From Poseidonia sp. (GTDB lineage Archaea; Thermoplasmatota; Poseidoniia; Poseidoniales; Poseidoniaceae): a stretch of DNA of 64,000 bases. Shown here one piece after another: positions 1 through 9,795 of the stretch. The stretch's first letter is position 1. Each line of letters starts with the position of its first letter. The notes below the pieces were generated by a model. It saw nothing but the letters and a program-made list of their open reading frames with translations, ran no database searches and had not been told where the DNA came from. Made by a program: the position numbers and the translations under genes. The stretch is from contig CBFIDD010000003.1 of the NCBI GenBank assembly GCA_965661285.1, positions 1-64,000 on the forward strand. The letters are read 5' to 3'.

Positions 1-213
1 TGTGGTCTTTTCTCGGAGCAAATGCAGCGGCGACCCAGGACATGCTTAGAGATAGGTTGATGTGTATTTGAACGACCGTTTTTGCGCAAACCGTTGATGA
101 AGGAGAACATGGTAGGCATCATCACCTGCAATGATGAAGGCCGCTGCCGAATGCTGTAATTCAGTGACGAATGATGGGCGAACTGAGCAGGTACCGATCT
201 CCCGGTGAACATC

Positions 214-1665
214 ATGCAACCGTTGCTCCCATCCCAGCAACCACAGCAGGTGCCCCTCACCCCTGTCCCCAACCGCTTAACGGTGTGGAAGGCCTCGACG
301 CCTTGGCGAACGGTTCGCTCCATGGTCGGCCTGGTCATCGTCTGTTTCTTCATCGCACAAATCGCTGTTCTCATCGTCGCTGGCTACATTGACGGCGACA
401 TGAACGGCACCGTCGGTCCGTTTGACCCGTTCATCACCTTCCTTGGCGGCGTGTGCCTTTCGCCGTTTCTCTTGCTCTTCTTTTTCCTGCGTCGCCCAAA
501 ACTCACCCACTCCGTTCACGCCTATCCAACCCAGCAAGGAAGCCAACTCCACGCCCTGGCGGGCGGTGCGGTGGTCAAATCGCCTCAACCCACCACGGTT
601 CAGCACCATCTTTTCCGGTCAACGGCACCCCTCGAAATGCCGCGACCTCTTCACCTCTGGTTGCTGTTTGTTCTCGGGGTTGGCGTCTCAACCCTCTGTC
701 TGCTACCGCTGACCGTGCTTGGAGCCAACGCCCTAACGGTCATGCTGGCCTTGCTGGTCGTGCTTCCAGCGTGGCTCATCGGCTTCTCAACACCTGTTTT
801 CGCGTGGTGGTCGATCACCAGCCGCCACATGGGCATCCACATCTCCCGAAGGGATGCCGAATGGATCCTTGCGGCCGGCATGCTCTCCACGGTACCGGCC
901 ATCGTCATCAACTCGGTCATTTCGCCCATTCTCGTTTCGGCGGTTGGACTCGATGCGACCGCAACCGGAACACTCGGTGAGGGGTTGATCCTGTTCCTTT
1001 CGGCACCCGTTGGTGAAGAGCTGTCGAAAATGCTGGCCGTCCTCGCCCTGAGCCACTTGATCGTCTCTCCAAAACACGGTTTTTACGTCGGCTCAACCGT
1101 TGGTCTCGGATTTGCGCTTTTGGAAAATGCCAGTTACATCTCGATGGCGTTACTCAGCGACTACAGCAGCATGACCTATTTTTTCACCGCCACGCTTCGG
1201 GGGCTGAGTTCCGTGCCCGGACACGCCATGTGGACGGGACTGACCGGCTATGCCATCGGTTGCTGGCTCGCCCGAGGAAATCGCCTGCCGTCGCTCAGGG
1301 GCAGCGCCTACCTGTCTGAAGAGGCTGAGGCGAACTGGGTTCTCTATGACAAACAAGGTCGCGCCCTTCCGAACATGTCCTGGACCACCCTCCCCTCTCA
1401 GCGTCTGGTCGGACTGCTGGATCGGCACAAAGACCACGCCTGGGCCATGCCACAAACCATCGTCGGTGGCGTGTCGCTGGCGATTCTGGGCCACGGCCTG
1501 TGGAACGGTTCCTCGTGGGGTGTTGGTGTGCTGCTCGCCGACAGCGTTACCCTCCTCGCTGTACTGCTTCAACTCGCTTGGCTGGTCGTGATGGTGATCG
1601 GACTCTGGTTTTGCATTTTACGCTGGCTCCCAACCATCGTTTTGGACAAAAAAGCGGGGTTCTGA
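214..1665 (+). CDS. PrsW-family intramembrane glutamic metalloprotease
   Basis: Multi-TM protein with PrsW motifs EELSK, GLGFALLEN, HAMWTG and HGLWN. ATG at 214 preferred over GTG at 205. Confidence 0.85.
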   Translation: MQPLLPSQQPQQVPLTPVPNRLTVWKASTPWRTVRSMVGLVIVCFFIAQIAVLIVAGYIDGDMNGTVGPFDPFITFLGGVCLSPFLLLFFFLRRPKLTHSVHAYPTQQGSQLHALAGGAVVKSPQPTTVQHHLFRSTAPLEMPRPLHLWLLFVLGVGVSTLCLLPLTVLGANALTVMLALLVVLPAWLIGFSTPVFAWWSITSRHMGIHISRRDAEWILAAGMLSTVPAIVINSVISPILVSAVGLDATATGTLGEGLILFLSAPVGEELSKMLAVLALSHLIVSPKHGFYVGSTVGLGFALLENASYISMALLSDYSSMTYFFTATLRGLSSVPGHAMWTGLTGYAIGCWLARGNRLPSLRGSAYLSEEAEANWVLYDKQGRALPNMSWTTLPSQRLVGLLDRHKDHAWAMPQTIVGGVSLAILGHGLWNGSSWGVGVLLADSVTLLAVLLQLAWLVVMVIGLWFCILRWLPTIVLDKKAGF

Positions 1666-1752
1666 GCAAGGATATCGGGTCATGTCTTCAAAAACCAAGT
1701 TGGGCTGGAAAGACACGGTCAGTTTTACTGTAACCGGCGCAGGTGGTCAGGT

Positions 1753-2514
1753 ATGGACATCTTTTCCAGCGGACCAAACACGGGAAATCTTCTCGTGACC
1801 GCCGGTCTTGTCGCCTTTCTCCTCGTGATGTCATCACGCGCCAAGATGCTTGATTCCATGGGGTCAAAGGCTGCAGCCGGCTTGGGTTTGGTCGTCGGAG
1901 GCTTGGGGCATTGGACGTGGTTGCTCATCTTGTTGGGGTTCCTGCTCAGTTCCCACAAGGCTACAAAGTGGCGGTTTGAGGAAAAGAAAGCGCTCGGCCT
2001 CAGCGAATCAAGCGACGGCCATCGCGGATGGACCAACGTGGTGGCCAACGGTGCCATCCCCGGGCTTATTTGCATCTACGCCTACATGGCGGAGGATTGG
2101 ACAACGGTCGTGTGGATGTTTGGTGCAGCCGTCGCCGTGGCGGCATCGGACACCTTTGCGAGTGAAATTGGATGCCTCGACCCGAGAGTGCGGATGATCA
2201 CCACCTTCAAGCCCTGCGAACAAGGCGAAAACGGAGGCTTCTCGCCCAACGGGCAATTGGCCGCTGCAGCGGGCTCGTCGGTCGTGGCCGTTCTCACCAC
2301 CATCGCATGGTGGCTCACGGCTCCAGATACCGCGTCCACAAACGGACTCCAACTCTGCGGCGTCTTGGCTGTGATCGGATGGCTCGGGTGCCAAATCGAC
2401 AGTTATCTTGGCGCCATACTGGAAAATCGCGGCTACATGACGAAGGGTTCGGTCAATGCCTCGGCCATCAGCGGCGGCGTTGTGTTGATGTTCCTTTACC
2501 TCTCAAGGCTGTGA
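1753..2514 (+). CDS. DUF92/TMEM19-family membrane protein
   Basis: RGWTNVVANG, ASDTFASEIG, GENGGFSPNG and IDSYLGA motifs; hydrophobic throughout. Confidence 0.85.
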   Translation: MDIFSSGPNTGNLLVTAGLVAFLLVMSSRAKMLDSMGSKAAAGLGLVVGGLGHWTWLLILLGFLLSSHKATKWRFEEKKALGLSESSDGHRGWTNVVANGAIPGLICIYAYMAEDWTTVVWMFGAAVAVAASDTFASEIGCLDPRVRMITTFKPCEQGENGGFSPNGQLAAAAGSSVVAVLTTIAWWLTAPDTASTNGLQLCGVLAVIGWLGCQIDSYLGAILENRGYMTKGSVNASAISGGVVLMFLYLSRL

Positions 2515-2567
2515 GCACCTGTTCACCGGGGCATTGGCTTCTTGAACCGAAACGCTTTGGTCAGTCC

Positions 2568-4874
2568 ATGGGGCGTCGCTCGTGGGCCATCGGGACCTTG
2601 TGTCTCCTCCTCATGGTCGGCGCGACGGGTATGGTTCAAGCGAACCAGAACGCCACGTATGAACCGGGCTTTGTGGAATGGTCCATCACTCCACACGAGC
2701 GTTTGTATGTGGAAGGCTTGGATGTTGAAGAAGCGGTGCTTCAGCGAGGCCAAACCGACTCCGCCGTTGGAGGTTTGACGGTCGGCGTAACCAACGGCCC
2801 CGTGCCTGTCTTTACGCTTCAGAGCCCTCCCGTGGAACAACCCGTTGAAGCCGAGGTGTTCATGAGCGTTTATTTCTCAGCCATCATTGAAGGGGGCGGC
2901 GGACCGCAATCCTGTACACGACAGCCGATTGGGGACCCTACCACTACTCTCTACTACAGCGTGAGTGTTGGTGGACAAGAGATCTACAACGCAGACGTCA
3001 CACAAACGCTCGACACGTCGGCTGAAGGCGACGCGATGAACTTCTCTGGAGAGCGTCAAAACGTCACGCTGAGCATGGCCCCAGGGGATTCCATCACCCT
3101 GAGTCTTTCGGTCGAACACCGGTGTCTCGGTACTCAGGCGCGTGTGCAATGGGGCGGGTTTGAGCAAAACAGCGGTGGCGTCATCATCGAGGGCGTGCTC
3201 TACGAGCCCGAAGCGCGCATCCTCGTCGACGCCTCAAGACTGGCGCATGTTGAACTCGAACACCGACTGCCGTGGGGTCTTGAGGACCTCAGAGATGAAA
3301 AATGGGAGATATGGGGTCCGCTTCTGCCCACGGACAAATCCATCCGAGATGGAGAATACTTGGTGGAAACGAGTGCTGGCCGTATACGAATGACTCGAGA
3401 CCTCGGCGGAAACAACAGCGTCTACACGTGGTCCGGAGCAAAACCACTGCCGATTGGCGAAATGAACCTCCAGTTTTGCTTGCGCACCGTAGCGGGCGAC
3501 TTGAACAGCGATTGCCACGCAGAGGGCATTCTTCGCTTCGAGGTGACCGGCGATGACGAAGGCTTTGCCAGCGCCGCGCTTTGGCTCACCCTGACCACGA
3601 TCCTTGCGTTGGTGGGCTATGTTGTGAATGCGTTCCGCAGTGGACTCATGCTCCCGCTTCCCATTCTTGGTGCACTCGCTGCCTTGGCCTTGCTCACCCT
3701 TCCGACGGTGTTTGACCAACCCAACCTCGGTGCAGACGCGGTCATTTTGGACAATACGAAAATCCTCGATGCGGAACTCACGCACCCCGATGGCTCTTCG
3801 GCGACCATCAGTGAACTCCTTGCAGGAAACGAAGCCCTCATCATCGGACTGGTGCTTCCCGGCTCGGAACAAATCCTCACGCAATCCAACGAATTCAACC
3901 GCTCCCTTGACCAGTTGGGTGACCGCGTCAACGTCATTCACATCGTCACGGGCGAGGATGCTCGCATGACCGATGTTTCCTCGCTTTCCGCATCCACAAA
4001 CGCAACATGGAACGTCTACCTCGATGAAGACGGTACCTTCGCCAAGAGTTTGCCCACCGGCGCATCGGATGCAGTGGTGGTGGTTGACCCGGGCATGCAC
4101 GTGACCTTCTCACAGACCTCCTCCGCTGCGATGCTGGACATCGTTGAGGCGGTGGACGCCATCAAGAGCGGTGGCTCGAACTCATTTGCGTCCTACTTCG
4201 GTTTGCTGCTCGGCCCCGGATTGTTCCTGTTCTTGTTGGCACTTCCCAGAGAGGAATGGACGGCTCCCGAAGAACCGCTTCCTCCCGGACTGCTCTGGGG
4301 CTCGATCGTGGTCGCCGGCGGTGCAGGCGCCCTGCTGGTCAACCTCCCCGCTCTTCTCTTGACCTTGATCCCTGTTGGCATGACGGTCCGCTTTTTGCTT
4401 GACATCGTCATGATGGTGTGGATGCTCGGGATGTGTTTCTTCACGGCTCGCCGTGGTGCACCTTACGAGGCGGATGTCCTTGGCCGTATCATGCATCGAA
4501 GTTTCCCAAAGGCCTTCCAGAACTGGCGAGACACCGTGGATATGGACCGGGACGTGTTGCTTGGCATCTGGATGGGGTGGTTTGGCTGGCTCGCCTTCCC
4601 CCACCTCTACCCGCAGGCCGTGGCCTCCTCCGCACTTGCTGGAGGGAGCGGCATTGGCATGGCGGTCTTCTTCCTGCTGCTGTTCACCTTCTCCGCTGGC
4701 TTCGTCGTGTTGCTGCTGCGCATCGTCTCAGCCTGGGGGGGTCCGTTTTCCAGACTCTTCGGGAAATTCGGTGGCGAAGTCTTCGCACAATTCGTGGGCT
4801 GGATTCTCACGCCCATGGCGCTCTGGATGGCCGTCAACGCAACGCTCAACGTCCTTGAGTTGGGCGTTGTTTGA
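2568..4874 (+). CDS. Large membrane protein: signal peptide, extracellular beta-rich domain, thioredoxin-like domain without CxxC, C-terminal multi-TM domain
   Basis: ATG at 2568 gives the signal peptide MGRRSWAIGTLCLLLMVGATG. Central segment resembles an AhpC/TlpA fold (ELTHPDG...VYLDEDG...VVVVDPG). The upstream part of the ORF track call overlaps the DUF92 gene. Confidence 0.65.
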   Translation: MGRRSWAIGTLCLLLMVGATGMVQANQNATYEPGFVEWSITPHERLYVEGLDVEEAVLQRGQTDSAVGGLTVGVTNGPVPVFTLQSPPVEQPVEAEVFMSVYFSAIIEGGGGPQSCTRQPIGDPTTTLYYSVSVGGQEIYNADVTQTLDTSAEGDAMNFSGERQNVTLSMAPGDSITLSLSVEHRCLGTQARVQWGGFEQNSGGVIIEGVLYEPEARILVDASRLAHVELEHRLPWGLEDLRDEKWEIWGPLLPTDKSIRDGEYLVETSAGRIRMTRDLGGNNSVYTWSGAKPLPIGEMNLQFCLRTVAGDLNSDCHAEGILRFEVTGDDEGFASAALWLTLTTILALVGYVVNAFRSGLMLPLPILGALAALALLTLPTVFDQPNLGADAVILDNTKILDAELTHPDGSSATISELLAGNEALIIGLVLPGSEQILTQSNEFNRSLDQLGDRVNVIHIVTGEDARMTDVSSLSASTNATWNVYLDEDGTFAKSLPTGASDAVVVVDPGMHVTFSQTSSAAMLDIVEAVDAIKSGGSNSFASYFGLLLGPGLFLFLLALPREEWTAPEEPLPPGLLWGSIVVAGGAGALLVNLPALLLTLIPVGMTVRFLLDIVMMVWMLGMCFFTARRGAPYEADVLGRIMHRSFPKAFQNWRDTVDMDRDVLLGIWMGWFGWLAFPHLYPQAVASSALAGGSGIGMAVFFLLLFTFSAGFVVLLLRIVSAWGGPFSRLFGKFGGEVFAQFVGWILTPMALWMAVNATLNVLELGVV

Positions 4875-4912
4875 ACACGAGCGTTATCAGGGTTGACCTC
4901 GATGGCCGAGTT

Positions 4913-5836
4913 ATGAACCACAGAACACCCCACTGGAGTCAAACGAGTGCTCGGCTCATGCACGCATGCCCTCGGGCTTGGGCGATCACCTACGGAACGA
5001 TCAGCGACGCGCCACAGAAAGCCTCAGCATCGGCCACCCATCCTCCTCGCACCCTTGATGAACTCCTCATTCGATGCATGCGAGCCGTATGGTTGAGGCG
5101 CCTGGACGACCAGTACCAGCGCAAACTGTGGACGGCACCCTACGCCAGGAGGACCTTTGACAACGCCGTTGACGACGCTCTTGACGTGGTCAACATGCGG
5201 GTTCCAAAATTGCACCTTGAGATGGGCAAAGAGCGTTCACGCAACCAGCTCCGAACCCTAGAGCGTTGCCAGACGCTGCGTCCCCTGTTTACGGGTCAAC
5301 CGAGAAGGTGGGCTTACTTTGACCGCCGAACACCCGCCAAGGTCGGAAGCATCGACCTTTACGCCGCTCCGGATGTCGCCATCTTTCACCAGCATCACTG
5401 GACCTTGGTGCGGATTCAATTTCGTTCATCCAACCACGCCATGCTGAGTCAACAGCTGGAACATTTGCTGATGATCCACTGGGCGATGAATCAACCGGGT
5501 TTTCCTCAAGATGCCGGCGCCTATCGGGTGAAGGTCGTTCGATGGCATGGTGAAGCGTGGCGACAACACACCGTTCATGTGAGCGAAGAGTTACTCGCCC
5601 AATCACTCGCCCTTGCCCTTCATGACATCCAAGAGATGACCTGGTTGCAGCGGTGGGCAAGTGGCGACCCGTCGTTTGAATCGCTACCGCTTGCACGCCA
5701 CCCCAACACCTGCACATCCTGTCGGCTCAAGACCACCTGTCCAGCAAACAACGGGTTGGCGTCGGCAAAACGTGCGCAGGAACAAGCGCTCCTCGGCACC
5801 TACAACGACGCGACCAAATCGGCCAAGACGGCATGA
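4913..5836 (+). CDS. Cas4/AddB-like PD-(D/E)XK-fold protein with Fe-S staple cysteines, probably catalytically inactive
   Basis: N-terminal WSQTS...ACPRAW and C-terminal CTSCRLKTTCP (Cx2Cx5C). The D/ExK motif is replaced by RIQ. Confidence 0.6.
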   Translation: MNHRTPHWSQTSARLMHACPRAWAITYGTISDAPQKASASATHPPRTLDELLIRCMRAVWLRRLDDQYQRKLWTAPYARRTFDNAVDDALDVVNMRVPKLHLEMGKERSRNQLRTLERCQTLRPLFTGQPRRWAYFDRRTPAKVGSIDLYAAPDVAIFHQHHWTLVRIQFRSSNHAMLSQQLEHLLMIHWAMNQPGFPQDAGAYRVKVVRWHGEAWRQHTVHVSEELLAQSLALALHDIQEMTWLQRWASGDPSFESLPLARHPNTCTSCRLKTTCPANNGLASAKRAQEQALLGTYNDATKSAKTA

Positions 5837-6465
5837 ACATCGCTCGCCTTCGTAACACCGCTGGCAAGCAAAACGCCCTCTGCGCCCAATTCGAGCGCTT
5901 TGGCGACATCTTGACCGTTTTTTACCCCAGCACCGCAGAGCACACGGACACTCGGGTTGACGGCTTTGACAGCGGCCACGGTATCGCTGACGATGGCGGG
6001 GTCGGCGGTGGTCACGGAAATATCACCGCCAATGAGTTCAGGAGGTTCAACGGCGATGTAGGTCGGATTCAATGCGGCGAGGGCCTTGGCTTCCTCAACA
6101 TCCGCTGCACAGGCACACACCGGGAAATCATCCGGCAGCATCTCGAGCAGGGATCGGACATGCTCCAATTCGACCTTGTGTTCGGCGTGATTGATGATGC
6201 TCCCCGAAGCGCCGCGTTGCATGGCGGTCTGTGGTTCAAGCCAGCCCGTGAATCCGCCCAAACCGACCGGGTCAAGATGTTGAGACCACACTTCAACACC
6301 CGACGCCTGTTGGGCCAGGACGCCCAAATCAAAAGCGGAGGCGACAGCGACGAAGGTCGCCGGTCCGTCGGCATGCGCCTCCATGGCTTCGAGAAGTGTT
6401 TCAGCTGCTGTTCCTGAAGCAGATGCGTAGGTCTTGAAGTTGACAACAATCATGGGTTGGTCCAT
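5800..6465 (-). CDS. tpiA: Triosephosphate isomerase, archaeal type
   Basis: VVNFKTY, INHAEH, AVEPPELIG, LCGAGVK and GVLLASG motifs; start at MDQPM (6465). Confidence 0.95.
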   Translation of the reverse strand: MDQPMIVVNFKTYASASGTAAETLLEAMEAHADGPATFVAVASAFDLGVLAQQASGVEVWSQHLDPVGLGGFTGWLEPQTAMQRGASGSIINHAEHKVELEHVRSLLEMLPDDFPVCACAADVEEAKALAALNPTYIAVEPPELIGGDISVTTADPAIVSDTVAAVKAVNPSVRVLCGAGVKNGQDVAKALELGAEGVLLASGVTKASDVHAVLADLVASL

Positions 6466-6532
6466 GGAACCCTGTGCGCTGTTCTTGTTTTTAGAAAGTA
6501 CCCCTCCATGGGGCAGCCACGAGAAGACATCC

Positions 6533-7543
6533 TCAAGTCGGCCAGGAACCGCCGCTCTGTACGGTCCCCTCGGGCACAACAGCACCGTGGTCAACGACCA
6601 CCCCTTCGAGTTGACACCCGTTGCCTATGTTCGCATCCTGTCCGATGAGCGAAGCGATAAGTCGGGCACGATCACCGACGTGGGCACCTTCCAGCAAGGT
6701 CGTCATGGCAATCTCGGACTGACCGACACGGCAGCCGTCTGAAATCATGCTGTGCTCAACGTGTGCGAGTGGCGAGGTGGCGTCCAATGCCTGTTGTGTC
6801 GCAAACCACGAAGGGGTTGTACCGTGAACGAGACCCGAACGGTAGCGACGGTGAAGGATGGACGTTTTGACCGCATCACTCCAAGCCTGCGGTGTGCCTG
6901 CGTCGATGAAGTAGCCCTCAAACGGAACACCGCTGAGCAACCCTTCGGCTGCGAGTTGAGGGAAGACATCGCGTTCGATGGAGTGCCGACCGTGAGGCAT
7001 CCAATCAAAGACATCGTCATTGAAGATGTAGGAGCCTGCATTGATGAGTTTGGAAAAAACCTCCTCGGGTGCTGGCTTCTCCTTGAATCGAGTAATCTTG
7101 TTGTCATTGTCCAAACCAACGATGCCAAACCGGGTGGGGTCTTCCACTTCCCACAAACCCAGTGTTCCCACCGAACGATTGCAACGGTGCATGTCGAGCA
7201 CCTTGGTGGCGTCCAGCGAAGAGATGATGTCGCCATTAAAGCACGCAAAGGTTCCGCTGACGACGTCCCTGCAGTTACCAAGGGCACCACCGGTTCCGAG
7301 GGGTTCATCTTCGGGAACAATGCGGACATCAAACGGTGCATCAGCGGCTTGGAAGTGAGCCTTGATTTGGTCGACACGGTAGCCGCCCGCAACCACGACC
7401 TCATCCACCATGTCAGCAGGAAGCGAGCGGACGACGTGTTCAAGCAGGGTCTGGTCGAGCACCGGAAGCAGCGGTTTCGGGACGGTGTTGGTCCACGGTC
7501 GAAGTCTCGAACCGACACCTCCAGCGAGGACCACGACCTGCAT
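6533..7543 (-). CDS. NDP-sugar pyrophosphorylase (mannose-1-phosphate guanylyltransferase-like) with C-terminal LbH repeats
   Basis: [34 protein letters not shown] and DAGTP motifs. Confidence 0.9.
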   Translation of the reverse strand: MQVVVLAGGVGSRLRPWTNTVPKPLLPVLDQTLLEHVVRSLPADMVDEVVVAGGYRVDQIKAHFQAADAPFDVRIVPEDEPLGTGGALGNCRDVVSGTFACFNGDIISSLDATKVLDMHRCNRSVGTLGLWEVEDPTRFGIVGLDNDNKITRFKEKPAPEEVFSKLINAGSYIFNDDVFDWMPHGRHSIERDVFPQLAAEGLLSGVPFEGYFIDAGTPQAWSDAVKTSILHRRYRSGLVHGTTPSWFATQQALDATSPLAHVEHSMISDGCRVGQSEIAMTTLLEGAHVGDRARLIASLIGQDANIGNGCQLEGVVVDHGAVVPEGTVQSGGSWPT

Positions 7544-7654
7544 GGTCTGCGCCTCAAGTGCCTATGTTATGAAGACCGCGGCGGGACGAGGAGGCACCAT
7601 GCGACTCCAAAGTATTCAAAGACGGCCTTTCAATCGTTAAGATTGGAGAGCACC

Positions 7655-8863
7655 ATGAACATTCACGAGTACCAAGGAAAAGCACTGCTCAAGCAGCACG
7701 GCGTACCCGTGCTCGAGGGCGTTCACTGCACGACGGTTGACCAGGCCGTAGCAGCCTACGACCACCTTGGCTCCAAGGTCGTTGCCGTCAAATCACAAAT
7801 CCATGCGGGTGGTCGAGGAAAAGGTAACCTCTACGCGCCCGACTCCGGCGACCTCGTGATGGAGGGTGGTGTCAAAATCGCCTTCTCAAAAGACGAGGTG
7901 AAAACCTACGCCACCAACATCCTCGGAAACATTCTGGTGACCATCCAAACGGGCGAGGAGGGAAAACTTGTTCGAAACCTCTACGTCGAGTCGGGTTGCG
8001 ACATCGCCCACGAATACTACCTCGCCATTCTCGTTGACCGTGAGAACAAATCCGTTCTCATCATGGCCTCCACGGAAGGTGGTGTCGACATTGAGCATGT
8101 GGCAGAAACCACACCGGAGAAAATTCACAAAATTTCAGTTGACCCGAACGCTGGTCTGCTCGGCTACCAGAAGCGCGACCTCGGTCTCGCCTTGGGATTG
8201 ACCGGGGCTGCGCACAAAGCCTTCGGCAAGGCGTTGTCCTCGATGTACAGCATGTTCGTCTCAAGCGATTGTGCCATGCTGGAGATCAACCCGCTCGTCC
8301 GCACCGCTGACGATGAAATCGTAGCCCTGGACGCCAAGGTCTCGTTTGATGAAAACGCCGAGTTCCGCCACAAGAACTGGGACGACCTGCGCGACCTTTC
8401 CGAGGAAGAAGAGGTGGAAATCCGGGCCAAAGAAACCGGCCTTTCCTACGTCAAACTCGACGGCAACATCGGCTGCCTGGTCAACGGCGCAGGATTAGCC
8501 ATGGCCACCATGGACGTCATCAAACTCTACGGTGGCGAGCCGGCCAACTTCCTCGACGTCGGTGGCGGCGCCAACGAAGAACAGGTCAAGACCGCCTTCT
8601 CCATCATCCTTGAGGACCCCAACGTGAAGGGCATTCTCGTCAACATCTTCGGCGGCATCATGCGCTGTGACATCATCGCCCGTGGCGTGATTGCCGCAAC
8701 CGAAGCCCTCTCGCTCGACGTCCCGCTGGTCGTCCGATTGGCGGGCACCAACGTGGACGAAGGCAAGGCCATCCTCGCCGAGTCAACCCTGAACATTCAC
8801 CCCGCCGACGACCTCGCCGAAGGGGCGCAGAAAATTGTTGAACTCATCGGAGGTGTTGCTTGA
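7655..8863 (+). CDS. sucC: Succinyl-CoA synthetase beta subunit
   Basis: MNIHEYQGK start, [27 protein letters not shown] and [10 protein letters not shown] motifs; GGAG upstream. Confidence 0.97.
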   Translation: MNIHEYQGKALLKQHGVPVLEGVHCTTVDQAVAAYDHLGSKVVAVKSQIHAGGRGKGNLYAPDSGDLVMEGGVKIAFSKDEVKTYATNILGNILVTIQTGEEGKLVRNLYVESGCDIAHEYYLAILVDRENKSVLIMASTEGGVDIEHVAETTPEKIHKISVDPNAGLLGYQKRDLGLALGLTGAAHKAFGKALSSMYSMFVSSDCAMLEINPLVRTADDEIVALDAKVSFDENAEFRHKNWDDLRDLSEEEEVEIRAKETGLSYVKLDGNIGCLVNGAGLAMATMDVIKLYGGEPANFLDVGGGANEEQVKTAFSIILEDPNVKGILVNIFGGIMRCDIIARGVIAATEALSLDVPLVVRLAGTNVDEGKAILAESTLNIHPADDLAEGAQKIVELIGGVA

Positions 8864-9786
8864 TGGCGATTTGGATTGAAGAAGACGCAAAGGTCCTCGT
8901 GCAGGGCATCACCGGAAAGCAAGGCAAGTTCCACGCCGACAAGATGGTCGAATACGGCACCAATATCGTCGGCGGTTGCACCCCCGGCAAGGGCGGTCAA
9001 ACCGTGGAGCTCCGAGGCAAGCCTTTCCCGGTTTGGAATTCGATGTTCGAAGCCATTGAAGCCACGGATGCCGATGCCACCGTCATTTACGTGCCACCTC
9101 CGTTCGCTGCGGAAGCCATCATGGAAGCCGCTGATGCGTTTGACACCGTGAAGGGCGAAGGCGTCGTGGTGTGCATCACCGAAGGCATTCCAACCTTGGA
9201 CATGGTCAAGGCCGTCGCCTTTGTTGAAAACCGACCGGGTGTGCGCCTCATCGGGCCCAACTGTCCGGGCATCATCACACCTGGTGAAAAGGCAGGAGCG
9301 AAAATCGGTATCATGCCAGGCCACATTCACGCCAAGGGCCGCATTGGCATCGTTTCTAAGTCGGGCACCCTCACCTACGAGGCGGTCGCTCAAACGATGA
9401 GCATCGACGAAGGTCAATCCACCTGCGTCGGCATCGGAGGCGACCCGGTCAACGGAACGGGCTTCATTGAATGCCTCGCCGCCTTCCAAGCCGACCCCCA
9501 AACCGAGGCCATCGTCATGATCGGTGAAATCGGCGGCAACGCCGAGCAAGAAGCCGCTGCATGGGCTGCTGAAAACGTCACCAAGCCCATCGTCGGTTTC
9601 GTCGCAGGTGCAACCGCACCCCCCGGCAAGCGCATGGGCCACGCTGGCGCCATCATCTCTGGTGGCAAAGGAACGGCCGAAGAGAAGTTCGCTGCCTTTG
9701 AAGCGGCTGGCATCGCCTGTGCGAAGGACCCATCCGAACTCGGTGCCGTACTGCTCGAATCCTTGAAAGCCGCTGGTCTGCGATGA
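8863..9786 (+). CDS. sucD: Succinyl-CoA synthetase alpha subunit
   Basis: [21 protein letters not shown] and RMGHAGA (phospho-His) motifs; TGATG overlap with sucC. Confidence 0.97.
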   Translation: MAIWIEEDAKVLVQGITGKQGKFHADKMVEYGTNIVGGCTPGKGGQTVELRGKPFPVWNSMFEAIEATDADATVIYVPPPFAAEAIMEAADAFDTVKGEGVVVCITEGIPTLDMVKAVAFVENRPGVRLIGPNCPGIITPGEKAGAKIGIMPGHIHAKGRIGIVSKSGTLTYEAVAQTMSIDEGQSTCVGIGGDPVNGTGFIECLAAFQADPQTEAIVMIGEIGGNAEQEAAAWAAENVTKPIVGFVAGATAPPGKRMGHAGAIISGGKGTAEEKFAAFEAAGIACAKDPSELGAVLLESLKAAGLR

Positions 9787-9795
9787 GGGGACTTC

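Noticed and set aside
1-122. Possible 5' end of a minus-strand gene running off the window (MMPTMFSFINGLRKNG...), with AGGTGA nearby
   Set aside because: Only about 40 codons are visible and there is no recognisable motif, so it cannot be supported.
2172-2567. N-terminal 132 aa of the 900-aa ORF
   Set aside because: Overlaps the DUF92 gene in another frame; the signal peptide begins at ATG 2568.
6752-7654. Apparent 300-aa N-terminal extension of SucC (703-aa ORF)
   Set aside because: Antisense shadow of the nucleotidyltransferase gene; the canonical MNIHEYQ start with an SD is at 7655.
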